From Neoconidiobolus thromboides FSU 785 (lineage: Eukaryota; Fungi; Entomophthoromycota): 64,000 nt of DNA. Under the pieces are notes generated by a model. That model was not told where the DNA came from and searched no databases. It saw only the letters and a program-made list of their open reading frames with translations. A program made the position numbers and the translations under genes. This document shows, one piece after another, positions 49,725 through 64,000 of this stretch; the stretch's first letter is position 1, and each line of letters begins with the position of its first letter. Location of the stretch: NCBI GenBank assembly GCA_025603075.1, contig MU626295.1:1-64000 (forward strand). Direction: 5' to 3'.

Positions 49725-51345
49725 ATGAACAAACGAAAAAATGAATTAAAGCCTGAGAATGAGCAAGAAGAAAAAGGAATAGTGGAAGACAATAAAAAGA
49801 TAAAGAAAGAAGAAATACCAAAGGTACCAAATAAGCCAAACCAATGTCATTTTTATGTCAAAAAGAAAAAAAGATATTGCAACATGACAGCAAAAAGAGG
49901 AGGAGATTACTGTGGAGAGCATGTTAAGTTTCAAATTGTGAACAATGACAATGGTGAAGAAGTTATCAAACGTATCCCTTGTCCATACGATGGGAATCAG
50001 TAATACTTGGTTACATTTTATATTTTAGTAAACTAATAATTAATTAGCACTGTTTTCGAAAAAGCGTTAGAAAAACATTTAAAAGTATGCAATGCACGTC
50101 CACCAGAGGTTTTTCCAGATTATTATAATAAAGATTTACATCTGGCCACAGATATAGAAAACGATGAAACCAAAAAATTATCGGAGCAAACTGAATCCAC
50201 GGTTAAAGAATTTTTGACAAACCTTAGCAACAAGGCGAACGAGTTAGTGCCAGATGTAGACGAAGAAATTTTGGATCATAATGCCTTATTCGAACAAAGA
50301 AATCTTAAAACAGATGTCAAGCATGTTGCACAGCAAGTGAGTATATTATTAAGATTAAAATAATAGTTCATTAATTTTTAGGCTTCTCTAATAGGCCATC
50401 TTGAAAAAGCAAAATTATTAAATAAGAATAATGTGTTTATAGAATTTGGTGCTGGAAAAGGTATATTTTTCAAAAAAAAAAATTCATATTAACTCAAAAG
50501 CAATAGGCGAATTATCTTTATATGTAGATAAGGCATTAAATGATACAAATCCTGAGAAAAATGATTCAAACAGTTTTGTTTTAGTAGATCGTAGTAATTT
50601 CAGATTAAAGGTAGTTATAAGTATATATAAAAAGCACTGGTTTACGTTTCTGTAGTTTGATCGCTATTTAAGTGGTGAAAAGGTTAAAGAAGATAAAGCT
50701 AAAAATCAGTTTCAGAGATTAATGATTGATATCAAAGATTTGGACTTAAATAAAGTGGAAATAATCAAAGGTCGTCCAGTTGTAGCTTATTCAAAGCATT
50801 TATGTGGCGGAGCAACCGATTTGACTTTAAAATGTTTAGCAAACTTTAAAAAAGCAGGGTAATTTTATTAACCTACTATTTTATATTAATATTAATTTTT
50901 TTATCCCTATTGTAAATTAAATAGAGGTAAAATAAGTGGAATAATAATAGCATTATGTTGTCATCATAGATGCAATTCTTCTACTTATACATCATTCGAT
51001 TATTTAAAAAAGAACGAAATTCTTCAAAGTGAACAACATATATCTTGGCTCTCTAGTATAACCTCTTGGGCTACTTGCGGAAAAAGAGTAAATTCAGAAC
51101 ACAATATAGAACATGATGATATAGAAAATGAAGTAGAGAGTAATGACGACAATAAACATTTTTCTGGTTTGTCACACCAGGAAAGAGAGTTTTTGGGATT
51201 CCAGACTAAAAGGCTATTAGATCTTGGTCGCCTTGATTATATTGTGAATCACTTAGGTTTAAAACCTCATTTAATTAAATATATCGACAAAAAACTCTCG
51301 TTGGAAAACATTGCACTTATTGCTCTTCCTAAAAGTGAAAATTAA
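49725..51345 (+). CDS. TRM13: tRNA:m4X 2'-O-methyltransferase Trm13, multi-exon
   Basis: CCCH finger QCHFYVKKKKRYC...YCGEH, CHHC finger RIPCPYD..HTV..HLKVC, KHVAQQ|ASLIGHL, IEFGAGK, SKHLCGGATDLTLKC, IALCCHH, SLEN. Confidence 0.95.
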
Positions 51346-52140
51346 TATAGAAATTTGAATTCACAAATTCAATTCCATTAAATAAAAACAGAATTTAAAA
51401 GTTCGGTCTATTAATTATTAACCTTGTGTTAAAAAGAATTGCGTTTATTTCTTAATATAAATGTTCTAATCATATACTATCTATTGTAATTTTCTCCGAA
51501 AATTCTTGATTCAAAATTTTTACAACTAAACTTAGCATGAAATATAGCTTTTTTACGTACTTCAATATTATCAAATAGCTTTAAATACAATAACAAATAA
51601 ATACAACATGACAATAAATTTAATCAGCCATTTATATTCAGATATGCCACCAATTCATGTTTTAAGAATATTCGATGAACATGTTATTTCTACTGCGATA
51701 TATAATATAATAATATGAAAATATTTTGACAATAAAACTAGATCCTGGCCAATAAACGATGCCTTAATATATTACTACAGAAGAAATGGGAAGATTTACC
51801 AATCAGATTGCGTTTTGCTCATTGAAACTTGATATAACTAATTAAAGTTAAAAACTCAAAATTCAGGATAAGTTTAAATACCCCAACTCCCCTTATTCTA
51901 AAAACAACTTCTGACATTTTTTGAAAAGGTAAATCATACTTTGAAGCTTATTTTTTATCTCTGTATTAAATTGACAGTTTATAAGTAAAGCTTAATAGTT
52001 TTATATTTTTGATTTATTATAAATGGGACATACTATGCTATATACAAGTCATACTAATCTCAATTCTACAGAAATAGAAAGAAATCGTGAATAGAAACTT
52101 AAATTGAAAATACATAACAGAACTGAAAAATAACCACAAA

Positions 52141-53058
<918 letters not shown>

Positions 53059-53414
53059 ATTTGTCTACTTTTGTAATAGATTCTAGTCGAATTAATAGAG
53101 TTGACTTTAGCATACTGTTTTCTCTAAGTGTTCTATTAAAATTAAATATTTGTTTATATATTTTTTCAAAGCAATTTCTAATTGCTGTTTAAATGGATTT
53201 TTAATAGAAGTAGTTTAAATATATCTATAAATAGCGATTGTTAAATGTAATGTGTATGTTTTTATTTTTATTGTTACTTTTAAAAGCTATTTAAATTGTT
53301 TATAAGATTAACAAATGAACAAATGTTTGAAGAGAAAGTATATTTTCACATTTAATCAAACCCATGTGATATTAAAATTAAAAAATCAAAATTAAATTTA
53401 TTTAGAAAAAATAT

Positions 53415-54029
53415 TTACCAAAAGCGAAAGAAATGCCACCATAAAAAGCCTTCGCTTCCTTGGTCCCAATCTTCTTTACAACTATTACCATTATACTGTA
53501 TAGCTTCTCTTCCCCAGGTAGTGACCAATTTACGAGTTTCAACATTGACGATAGTCATTGAGGGTAATAAACCTATACCAAACCTTTTCGTTATATTGGA
53601 TCTTGTTTCCAAGTCTTCAATATCAAGAAATTTCCAGTCTTTGTTTTTAGCATAATCAATAAATTGCTTACGGAGTGTATCACAAGAGATAACAATATAA
53701 CTGAACTCATCTTTATGTTCTTCTTCAAACTTGGATAAACTTGGATAAAACTTGTGACAAGGGGTACACCAAGAAGCAGTCATATAGATACCGAAATATT
53801 TTGTTTTTGGAGTGAAATCAACTAGTTTTTGTTCAAAGATTGGCTCTGCATAGTTATCTTCCTGTCCTACTTTAACTAATTCATATACCTCTTTAATCCC
53901 TAATTTTTCAAATAATACCTTTCCTTTAACGCGTAAGTTTAATTCTTCATCTCCAATTTGATTATCAATTAGCGTTACTTCGGACTGATTATCGCTTTTT
54001 ATCGCACAACTGTTGTCATTGCATTCCAT
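53415..54029 (-). CDS. Nucleoredoxin/tryparedoxin-like thioredoxin-fold protein
   Basis: YFGIYMTASWCTPC active site; ISCD; cis-Pro LLPSMTIVN; LVTTWGREAI. Confidence 0.88.
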   Translation of the reverse strand: MECNDNSCAIKSDNQSEVTLIDNQIGDEELNLRVKGKVLFEKLGIKEVYELVKVGQEDNYAEPIFEQKLVDFTPKTKYFGIYMTASWCTPCHKFYPSLSKFEEEHKDEFSYIVISCDTLRKQFIDYAKNKDWKFLDIEDLETRSNITKRFGIGLLPSMTIVNVETRKLVTTWGREAIQYNGNSCKEDWDQGSEGFLWWHFFRFW

Positions 54030-54809
54030 TTTGTAAGCCTGTTAGTATTTGTTTCAAAGAAAGGTTAGATAGAAAGCTTTTATATTATTTCTTTAAATTA
54101 GATTCTTAGTCCTATGATTCAATGGAAATAAACCTTATTTTTTTGGTAGTATAAGTTATTAGTGAAATTGCTTTATTTGGGTTCTATTTTTAAAAAAATT
54201 ACTTGCTTTAATAAAACTATACAAACTTAGCCAATTATATGATAATGTTGACTTGAAGAATACTAGCATATTTCTTGGGTAAATTCTTTTACACAAAGTT
54301 GTTAAAATATTAATGATCAAAATTCTAATTTAATCGAAAATATAATATTTTATTAACCTATAAGTTATTAAGTAGACATACAAAGCTAAACATCTATATA
54401 AATGTTTCCCATGGGCTTTATTAAAATGACTAATGTAATACTTTAGGAGTATTTATTTTATCATTTTTATATCATTTTTCAACTTAACGAATGGTTGATT
54501 TTTGTAAAAAATAAGTATGAAAAATAGAAAAGTAGAATTCCTAAAAAGAAATATAAATAACGCAAAGCACCACAAAAGAAATTAGCACATCTCTAATCTA
54601 TTTAGGCAAAGTTTATAAACATAATATCACTTTATGTAAATTAAGTATGGTTCAATGAATAGTATAGAATGAGCTAATATTTGAAATTATATAATATGAC
54701 TTTATTTTATTTTTGCTTAAAACATTCAAAATGAAGGCAAATTTTCATTGGATAATGAGAATTTTAAAAAATCCAAAATTTAAATAAAAATCATTTTATA
54801 AATTTGAGA

Positions 54810-55364
54810 ATGATTAAAGAAAATAAATGGCAATTGAGAACAACAGCAAAAGAAGATAGTTGCTTTATATGCTATAAATTAACAAACTCATGTTTAGTGC
54901 ATGCCAGTACGAATCCCCCTATAGATTGGTTTTATACTTGTTTAAATCATCTCAATGACCCTGGATTTGGTACTTTAATCAACTTAAATAAAGAAGAGGG
55001 GAAAGAAAAGAGTCCTAAACAAAGCAAAACAGATATTGGTAAAACTACTTCAAAAAAGGAAGAAACAGATAAGAACGAAACAAACAAGAGTGAAATAAAT
55101 AAGGATGAAACAAATAAGGATGAAATGAAAAAAGATGTAAAAGAGAAGGAGGAAATAAAAGATGTAAAAGGAAAAGAAAAGGAAAAGGAAGAAGAAGAGG
55201 GGGAAAGTAAAACTGAAACTAAAAAACTAATAGGCTATAAAGAATACGAATTACACAGAGACATTTTATTTTTAAGAAACAATCATTTAAAAAGAAAATT
55301 ACAAGCTAAAAGGGATGCTGAGTTGATGAAGCAATTTCCTAAAGTACCCAAAGGTTTCCCTTAA
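54810..55364 (+). CDS. VFA1: Vps4-associated protein 1 (DUF1742)
   Basis: CFICYK...DWFYTCLNHLNDPGF zinc motif, charged linker, YELHRD..., C-terminal FPKVPK. ATG at 54810 (the ORF track starts at a TTG). Confidence 0.85.
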   Translation: MIKENKWQLRTTAKEDSCFICYKLTNSCLVHASTNPPIDWFYTCLNHLNDPGFGTLINLNKEEGKEKSPKQSKTDIGKTTSKKEETDKNETNKSEINKDETNKDEMKKDVKEKEEIKDVKGKEKEKEEEEGESKTETKKLIGYKEYELHRDILFLRNNHLKRKLQAKRDAELMKQFPKVPKGFP

Positions 55365-55814
55365 ATTTAAAGTTTTAATTAATACAATAAACATTTGATT
55401 ATCTGAAATAATTTTTATGGTTATTATTATTTTTTATTAATAATCATAGTCGTTTGTTGTTTATCTTAATACAATTATAGTTACTTTATATAATTATTTT
55501 TATTAATAAATTTATCATTTTGTCTATTATAGTAATTGTTCACCTAAATGATAATCATTTCGGAGTGAACCAGCATGACTAATAAAAAAATGATAAAACA
55601 TGATTGATAAAAGATAAAAAAAGTAAGGTGTGATTGGGAGATTGAGTATATAAACCAATAAAAGCAAAGCATGAGTAGAAGTATACGTAAGTGGGGAGTG
55701 TTACAAATGATATAATTAAAGGGAATAAAAAATATGGGAATAGAGCTACAAAAACTCAAAAAAAGCATATAAATACAGATAATTACTAATTCATATTTTA
55801 AATTTAAAATCAAA

Positions 55815-57380
<1,566 letters not shown>

Positions 57381-57729
57381 CTAAAAAGAATAAGCTATGT
57401 AAAACGATAGTTTATATTTATTTTGACCATACTTATACAGTACAATAAAATATAATTCATTATATAATTGTTTTGATCCTTCTTTCAAATTTAATGATTT
57501 GTCTGTTTTATTATGTGATTATTTTCAAAAGTAATACTACAATACCTATTGGATTTATATTTAATAAAATAATATAAAATAAAGTGACATTTTTATAAAA
57601 GTTACACTACATATCTATTATTCTGTATCCCTTTATAAACCATTTGAAATTTAAAATAAAAATATTAAAACATTACATAAATCTAATGACTATGTTAAAA
57701 TTTTATGATGTTCGTAATAAATAAGATAA

Positions 57730-57828
57730 GGGGATGTTCTTTTTGATTTCATTACCTTTTCCATTTTTTAAGCGCTATTTGAGCGGAAAATTTGTTAGTA
57801 AAATTCTTAAACACAAAAATACATCCCC
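57730..57828 (-). mobile_element. MITE copy 18 (closest to consensus)
   Basis: Perfect GGGGATG/CATCCCC ends; flanks ATAA/ATGA. Confidence 0.95.
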
Positions 57829-58062
57829 ATGAAGTGGAATAAAATAAAGCAGGAAATTAATCTATTCTAGCACCTGTTATATGTTATTTAGCCTAAGTGA
57901 GCATTAGAATACTTTTAAGCCTTTCATGAACAACTTAATCTATCCTAAGAGTACAAACCACAACAAAGTATGTAGAATTGGTAGGGCTGTAATTAATTTT
58001 TGAATCCATACTCATTAAATTAAAAACCTTAGCCTTAAATAATTTGAATTTGAGAAAAGATA

Positions 58063-58155
58063 GAGGATGTTTTTTTTGATTTCATTACTTTTTCCATTTT
58101 TTGAGCACTATTTAAATGGAAAATTTATTAGCGAAATTCTTATAAATACACCCCC
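58063..58155 (-). mobile_element. MITE copy 19
   Basis: Reverse consensus match. Confidence 0.88.
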
Positions 58156-58169
58156 GTATAATAAGAAAA

Positions 58170-59395
58170 GAAATCTTCAAATATAGTATGAAAGTTCTTA
58201 AAAACATATATCTAATATAACTGTATCTAGCTGGAGTGTATATATTATTGTTAATAACATTCTCAATAGCCTTAAACTCATGAATCAATTTCTCAATGTC
58301 TTTTAATTTACCAAAATTAATAGATTCTATACTTAAAAATAAACTATATAAAATAAATATTTTTTTCTAGTAATGTTGATCGAAGAATCTAATAATTCCC
58401 TTGTAAAATATTAAAATAGGCTTATTATAACACTAATAATTTAATAAATTCTAATTAACACTATTATATGATCTGAAGTTATCCAAAATAATAAAGTTTT
58501 ATTTTCGTACTTATGTATTTTCATATTATTGTTTCCATTATAAGCCCTAAAATCTCGATTACCACTGTCTAATGCCTCTATGCATTTAAAGTGCTTCTTT
58601 AACTTGTCAGGATGTTAAACTTCAAAATTGCTCATAATATTTCCTAGGATTTCTAATTTTAAATCAAAGTTACAGTATATATAATAGCTTCAAAAATATT
58701 ACCAATAGAGAGCTTTGAGAACTCACTTGTAATACTTTCAATTAATTGGATTCTATTATAATAACATCCATCCCCTTAAGAGAAAGGTCATCATATGAAT
58801 GTATATTAATTACTATTAAATAATTTAGGTTAAACGACTAATCATTTCTCTAACATCTAAATATTATCCACGGATTTCAAACATCTTAATTTTTTTTTAA
58901 TAATTATAATCAGCTGAGACTATACTCAATCTTTTTAAACTTAGTAGTTCGACATTTATTTTGTAATTGTCGACATGATTGTTATTATTGTTTCTATCAC
59001 TACTATCATTATCGTTATCATTGCTTATATGATAGACACCATTGTCACTGGTATCTTGATTATTAACTTTGCTATTATTATTTAACATGAATATTATATC
59101 ATAATTTAGTGAAGTTAAATTTAAACAATAACTTGAATATTTGGTATTAATTTTATACATATTAAAACGTCTCATTAATATTCCATTTTCTTGATAAAGT
59201 ATTCTTGATAACACTAGTGTTCTATAAATTTTCTTTGATTTAGACTGAATAAGTTAAACGTGATTCAATAACTTTATCAACAGCTTCATATAAAAACTTA
59301 TTTAAAAGAGGGAGTTCAATAAACCCTACTGGATCCAATAGCCTAAAGACTTGCACCAATAATACATACAATAAATGCTCAAATTTTAGAGGTAT
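58170..59395 (-). pseudogene. Third pseudogene paralog of the F-box/LRR family
   Basis: ATA at 59395 (probable mutated ATG) reads IPLKFEHLLYVLLVQVFRLLDPVGFIELPLLNKFLY, in register with MSIQFDHLPIVLLEDIFKLLDPTKLFDLRFLNKYLF. ENGILMRRF aligns with QNGTMMKHI and LEILGN with IEFLGN. Many stops and frameshifts; 3' end approximate. Confidence 0.8.
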
Positions 59396-59891
59396 TTTAA
59401 TAAGAGATAATTAAAAGAGAAAGAAAAGATTAGATAAATCAAAATACTTCATCTGTTTCAAATTAATTTTTAATTAGTTAACTATTTACTTAGTTCACAG
59501 TCACTAATTTTTTAGATTCCAATTCTGCTAAATACTCAACCAATTTCAAAGTGCTATTTATTTTTATTTATAATATGATTTATGCCTTTTAGGTTAAAAG
59601 GAAATTTATAACAACAGTAAATGTGATCTCATTTTGTGTATTTTATATTATTTTAAATAATAAGGCTTATTATATATATAAATTATGAAAGCTATTTATA
59701 TAATGAGAATTTTGTGAGTTCTAATACAGAGTTTTCGATTAGCATTCGTTTTGTTTAAAAAGACAAATTTCTTATAGAAAAATTATTGGACTTTTAACTA
59801 TATGTTCATTTCTATTCAAATCTGCCTAAACATTCCTATTATCTATGGAGCGACTTAACAGATGAATTGAATAACTTGGTTGGAGTTGTGT

Positions 59892-59988
59892 ATGGATGTC
59901 TTTTTTATTTAAGACCTATTTAAAAAACTACATTCTATACTTTATAACGCTTAAAAAGTGAAAAAAAGAAATCAATAAAGACATCCCA
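59892..59988 (+). mobile_element. MITE copy 20 (highly degenerate)
   Basis: ggatgtcttttttatttaag...aacgcttaaaaagtgaaaaaa...gacatccc. Confidence 0.65.
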
Positions 59989-60579
59989 AGTGAAGAGAAC
60001 AATGACTAAATTAAAAATCACTATCATATTCCTTTAGTTTAGAATTAATAAAGTATATTCAAAGGCCTAATATATTAGGCTTTGTGGAAACTACAATAAC
60101 AATCAACTAATATGGAATCTTATTTTTGATTGAACTTCACAATATATTAAAATATATTAAAATATATTGAAGTGGGATTAGACCATTTTAATCTGTTATT
60201 GAAGGGCTTCTTAACCTTTCAATATCATCTATTGAATCAAAATTTATTAGATGAAATTTAATAAAAACTAGAAATACATCACTTTTAAATAGTACGCTAT
60301 AGCTGTGACGTGAATTAATTTTAGCATCGTATTGGAAGGCTTCTTAATCTTTTAATACCGTCTAACAAAAATAACTACGTCACTTTTAAATGATAGATTA
60401 AAGATAAAATTAAGATTTATAATTCAAATAATTTAATGCAATAATAATACACCAAAATGCTTCAAATTTAAACTCATTACATGAATAGTGAATAAAAAAT
60501 CAAGGGATGAAACAAGTTTTAGATTAAGGGATAAAAAAGTATAAAAAGTCCAAATAATCTTACAATAAAAATTTAAAAA

Positions 60580-62175
60580 ATGATTTATTACATTTTACCA
60601 ATAATTTTAGTAGTAACTATATTTGCTTATAATTTTATTCAAAACAAAAAGGATCCGAATAATGATTTACCATCGACTGGTATCTTCAACTTAATTTATC
60701 ATGTTATAAAACAGACGCCATCTCAGATAAGAGATCAAGAGTTGTTAGTACCTTTATTTCAATCAAACAAATATATTAAGTTTTGGTTAGGAAAATGGTT
60801 TATTATGGTATCTGATTTAGATACAATTAAGAATATATTAATGGATAGCGATACATTTATTAAATTAAATCAATCAAAACAATTTAAGCGGATTATCTCT
60901 TTAGATAAAAATATAGCAGTTGTAGATGGCGATGAATGGAAAAGACATAAAAAAGTAGTTAATCCTGCATTTAAAAGAGGATGGGATATTAAAATATTTA
61001 TTAAAGTTGGTATTAAAGCGATTAATTATATGAAAAAGAATGGGAATGACTTTGAGTTAATTAAATTATTAAAGAATTCCACATTAGATAGTTTAGGTTT
61101 ATCTATTTTTGATGTTGATTTTAATTCCATTGAAGATGAAAATTGTGAAATATCAACACTTTATGTAAATTTTATTAAAGGTATCAATAATATCTGGTTT
61201 CTTTTATTCCCTTTCTTAGATAACTTACCTATCCCTTCAAGAATTCAATTAAAGAAGGATACTGATCGCTTTTGTCAATTGCTTAAAGATTTAATTAATG
61301 GAAAAAGAGAACAAATTAAAAAATATGGTGTTGATAATGTTAAATCAAGTTTACTAACTATGTTAATTCAATCTTCAGATGATAATAATAGTATATCGGA
61401 TGGGTTGACAGATGAGGAAATCATTGTAAGTTATAATTTAAGTATCTAAACTAATGTATGATACTAATTATTTAGAGTGATGTCATTGTATTTTTTATTG
61501 CTGGACATGATACTACTGCACATACTTTATCTTCCATACTATATTATTTATCAAAAGATCAAGTAAAATTAATATTTTATATTATTGATATTCAATATTT
61601 AATTTATTATTTAGGATATTCAAAACAAATTAAGAGATGAAATAATCCATGTTTTGGGAGAAAGATCTAAGAACATTAATGAAGACATTCAAATAACACA
61701 AGAAGATTTGAATAAAATGAAATATTTAGAGGCAGTTATCAATGAAGGAATGAGAATCTTACCAGTAGCCTCAATAATAACACGTCAAGTAGCTAAAGAT
61801 TATTATTTTAATAATGAAATCCAATTTAAAAAAGGACAACCATTATTGTTAAATTTAGCCTTAGCAATGAATAATGAAACTAAATTTAAACATCCAGAAG
61901 AATTTAATCCAAATCGTTTTTTAATTCAAAATGAAAAAGAAGAGATACAAATTGATAAAAAATTAACTAAAGATATGATTGGCTTTAGCGTTGGTCCTAG
62001 GATGTGTATTGGAAATCAATTTTCACTTTTGGAACAAAAAGTATTCTTGATTTTGATATTACTAAAATTTAATGTTGAGTTACCACAGGATTCTATTCAT
62101 TGTAAACATCCTATCCTCCCTGCTTTAGGGATATCTAGTCCAAAGGATCTCAAATTAAATTTTATTCCGATTTAA
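60580..62175 (+). CDS. Cytochrome P450, 3 exons (60580-61425, 61476-61562, 61615-62175)
   Basis: N-terminal TM anchor, WKRHKK C-helix, I-helix FIAGHDTT, EGMR (ExxR), PNRF, heme FSVGPRMCIG. Confidence 0.96.
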
Positions 62176-62409
62176 TATATTTGCGTGATTTTATAACTAT
62201 AGTTATCACCATTTTTATTGTAAAATCATATTAAAATTGTATTATTTTCAATATTTTAATAAATAAATATCTATAAAATTAATTTAAAATAATTGCTTTA
62301 AAAATCAATTATTTTATTTTATTTACAAAAATGATTAAGTAATAATACTGGAATTAATAACTTACAACTTAAAAGTAATAGTATTTTTGTTAATATGAAG
62401 TCAATATAT

Positions 62410-62508
62410 GGGGATGTATTTTTTTGTTTAAGAATTTTACTAATAGCTTTTCTACTCAAATAGCGCTTAAAAATAGAGAAAAGTAATGAAACTAAAAAAA
62501 ACACCCCC
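62410..62508 (+). mobile_element. MITE copy 21
   Basis: Consensus match; ATAT on both flanks. Confidence 0.93.
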
Positions 62509-62617
62509 ATATGTTTATTTAGATTATATAAACTTATTATTCTATGAATTCAAACGTCATTATTTTAAATCAACTTGTTAAGTAAATAACAAAAACTATT
62601 CTATTAGTAACGAAGCA

Positions 62618-62690
62618 GCTCCCTTGGCCCAATGGATAAGGCATCAGACTTCTAATCTGAGGATTGCGGGTTCGAGTCCCGCAGGGAGTT
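62618..62690 (+). tRNA. tRNA-Arg (TCT), intronless
   Basis: GCTCCCT/AGGGAGT acceptor stem, TCAGA-CTTCTAA-TCTGA anticodon arm, GCGGG-TTCGAGT-CCCGC T arm; T6 terminator at 62701. Confidence 0.96.
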
Positions 62691-63247
62691 AAAAGTATCC
62701 TTTTTTCCTTATGGAAAAGATGATTTTTATTTCATTAGTAAAATAGTTGAATCAAGGTTTAAGTTTGTTTAAATAAAATTAATGGAGTTTTATTTTAATA
62801 AACATAGTATATAAACCCTTTTAAAAGTACGTTAACAAAAAAAGTGTTCAATAAAGAAAATTGATAATTGATTCAATCAATAAATCAAAGTTTTGTATAA
62901 CTTCAAAAATAATGATGTATATAGATAGGATCGTTAATAAAAATTATTAAGGTTGATTAAGTGATGCTTTTTGGTAAATAAATTCAATTAATGCAAAAAT
63001 ATTTAAACTCGCGTTTTGAACCTATAAATTAGACGCGTTTTGGTAGAGTTTTATAGCAAAAAGTTCAACTTAAAACTTGGATCAATTCAAACAAAGCAAC
63101 TTGTTAACTCACTTTCTAAAAACAAACTTTTGAAAAAAAAGTTTTTCAACAAAATCCTTTAAATCAATCTACACTTTATCTTTTTATATATATTAACTAA
63201 CATCAACATCAACATCAAACTAATCAACATTAAAATAAATCAAAAGA

Positions 63248-64000
63248 ATGAAATCCATCTTACAAAAAGAATTCGATCGTTTTATATATGAAAGTAAAGC
63301 GTATTCCATTGATAAACCGAAGGCAAAGAGTAATCCACTTGGTAATTTCAATTACAAATCCGATATTGAGAAACAAATCATTCATGGTAAAGAGCATTAT
63401 TATGACTCTTTATTAATGAATATCGATTTAACTAAAATTGATTTAAAAGATAAAAATTTAAATATCAATGGTAATTTAATCTTATTCTCAATAGATATTC
63501 TTACTAAGATTGATTTTTTATTCCATTAGCTGCTTATTTTCCGATTGAGAATAATGATATGAATACGATAAACGTAAATAAAAAATCCAATTATCGATTT
63601 GAAGTTGTGAGTTCTTTAGGTAGAGGTGCTTTTGGGGCTACTTTTTCAGCATTAGATAAAAGTTTTAATCCACCTATACAAGTGGCTATTAAAGTACAAA
63701 TTGATCCAAAGCAAAATTATATTGGAAAAAATGTAAGTAATTAAAACAAACAAAATTAAGATAATGTTCCATTTTTAACTTGATATTTAATTTAGGAAGC
63801 AAGTGCTATTAATTGGTTATCAAGAAAGATCAATGGACGTAAGTCCTCAGGTTCCCAAAAAATTGTCAATTTAAATTTCACCTTTTATCAACAAGGGCGT
63901 TTATGTTTAGTATTAGAATTATTAGAAAATTTTCCCATATTTGAATATACATTTCCAAAAGGTTATAAAGAAAGTAAAGTAGAATGGCGACCTATAAAGA
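63248..64000 (+). CDS. Protein kinase, DYRK/CMGC-like, 5' part only (runs off the window)
   Basis: Spliced frame: YRFEVVSSLGRGAFG, VAIK, KN|EASAI, LCLVLELL. Catalytic HRD/DFG motifs lie outside the window, so family and activity are unconfirmed. Confidence 0.75.

Noticed and set aside
60065-60080. Perfect 16-bp palindrome gcctaatatattaggc upstream of the CYP450
   Set aside because: Several palindromes of this length are expected by chance in 64 kb at this AT content.
60580-62175. CYP450 as part of a secondary-metabolite cluster
   Set aside because: No backbone synthase or other tailoring genes adjacent; the neighbours are a pseudogene, MITEs, a tRNA and a kinase.

Overview
AT-rich (roughly 75-80% by eye) eukaryotic window with short (~45-60 nt) spliceosomal introns. 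It is clearly fungal and most consistent with an early-diverging lineage such as Entomophthorales/Conidiobolus (inference, not checked). Conserved genes: PRX5-type peroxiredoxin, BCD1, two PPR proteins, an FlbC-like C2H2 factor, VTS1, FAM72, NMNAT, ERV1, a DDX21-like helicase, an ACBP-domain protein, SARAF, SEC24, TRM13, FUR1, a nucleoredoxin-like protein, VFA1, DAHP synthase, a CYP450 and a partial DYRK-like kinase. There are two tRNA genes (iMet-CAT, Arg-TCT). Several multi-exon genes are invisible or fragmented in the ORF track and were rebuilt by hand. Accessory content: (1) 21 copies of a ~95-100 bp MITE with GGGGATG...CATCCCC ends and a 4-bp ATAT target duplication, supported by empty-site reconstruction; (2) an intronless F-box/LRR family with one intact gene and three pseudogenes; (3) a head-to-head SAM-methyltransferase pair that is strongly diverged except for a 317-bp near-identical inverted tract that includes the intron; (4) a 461-bp TG...CA solo-LTR-like element with a 4-bp TSD.
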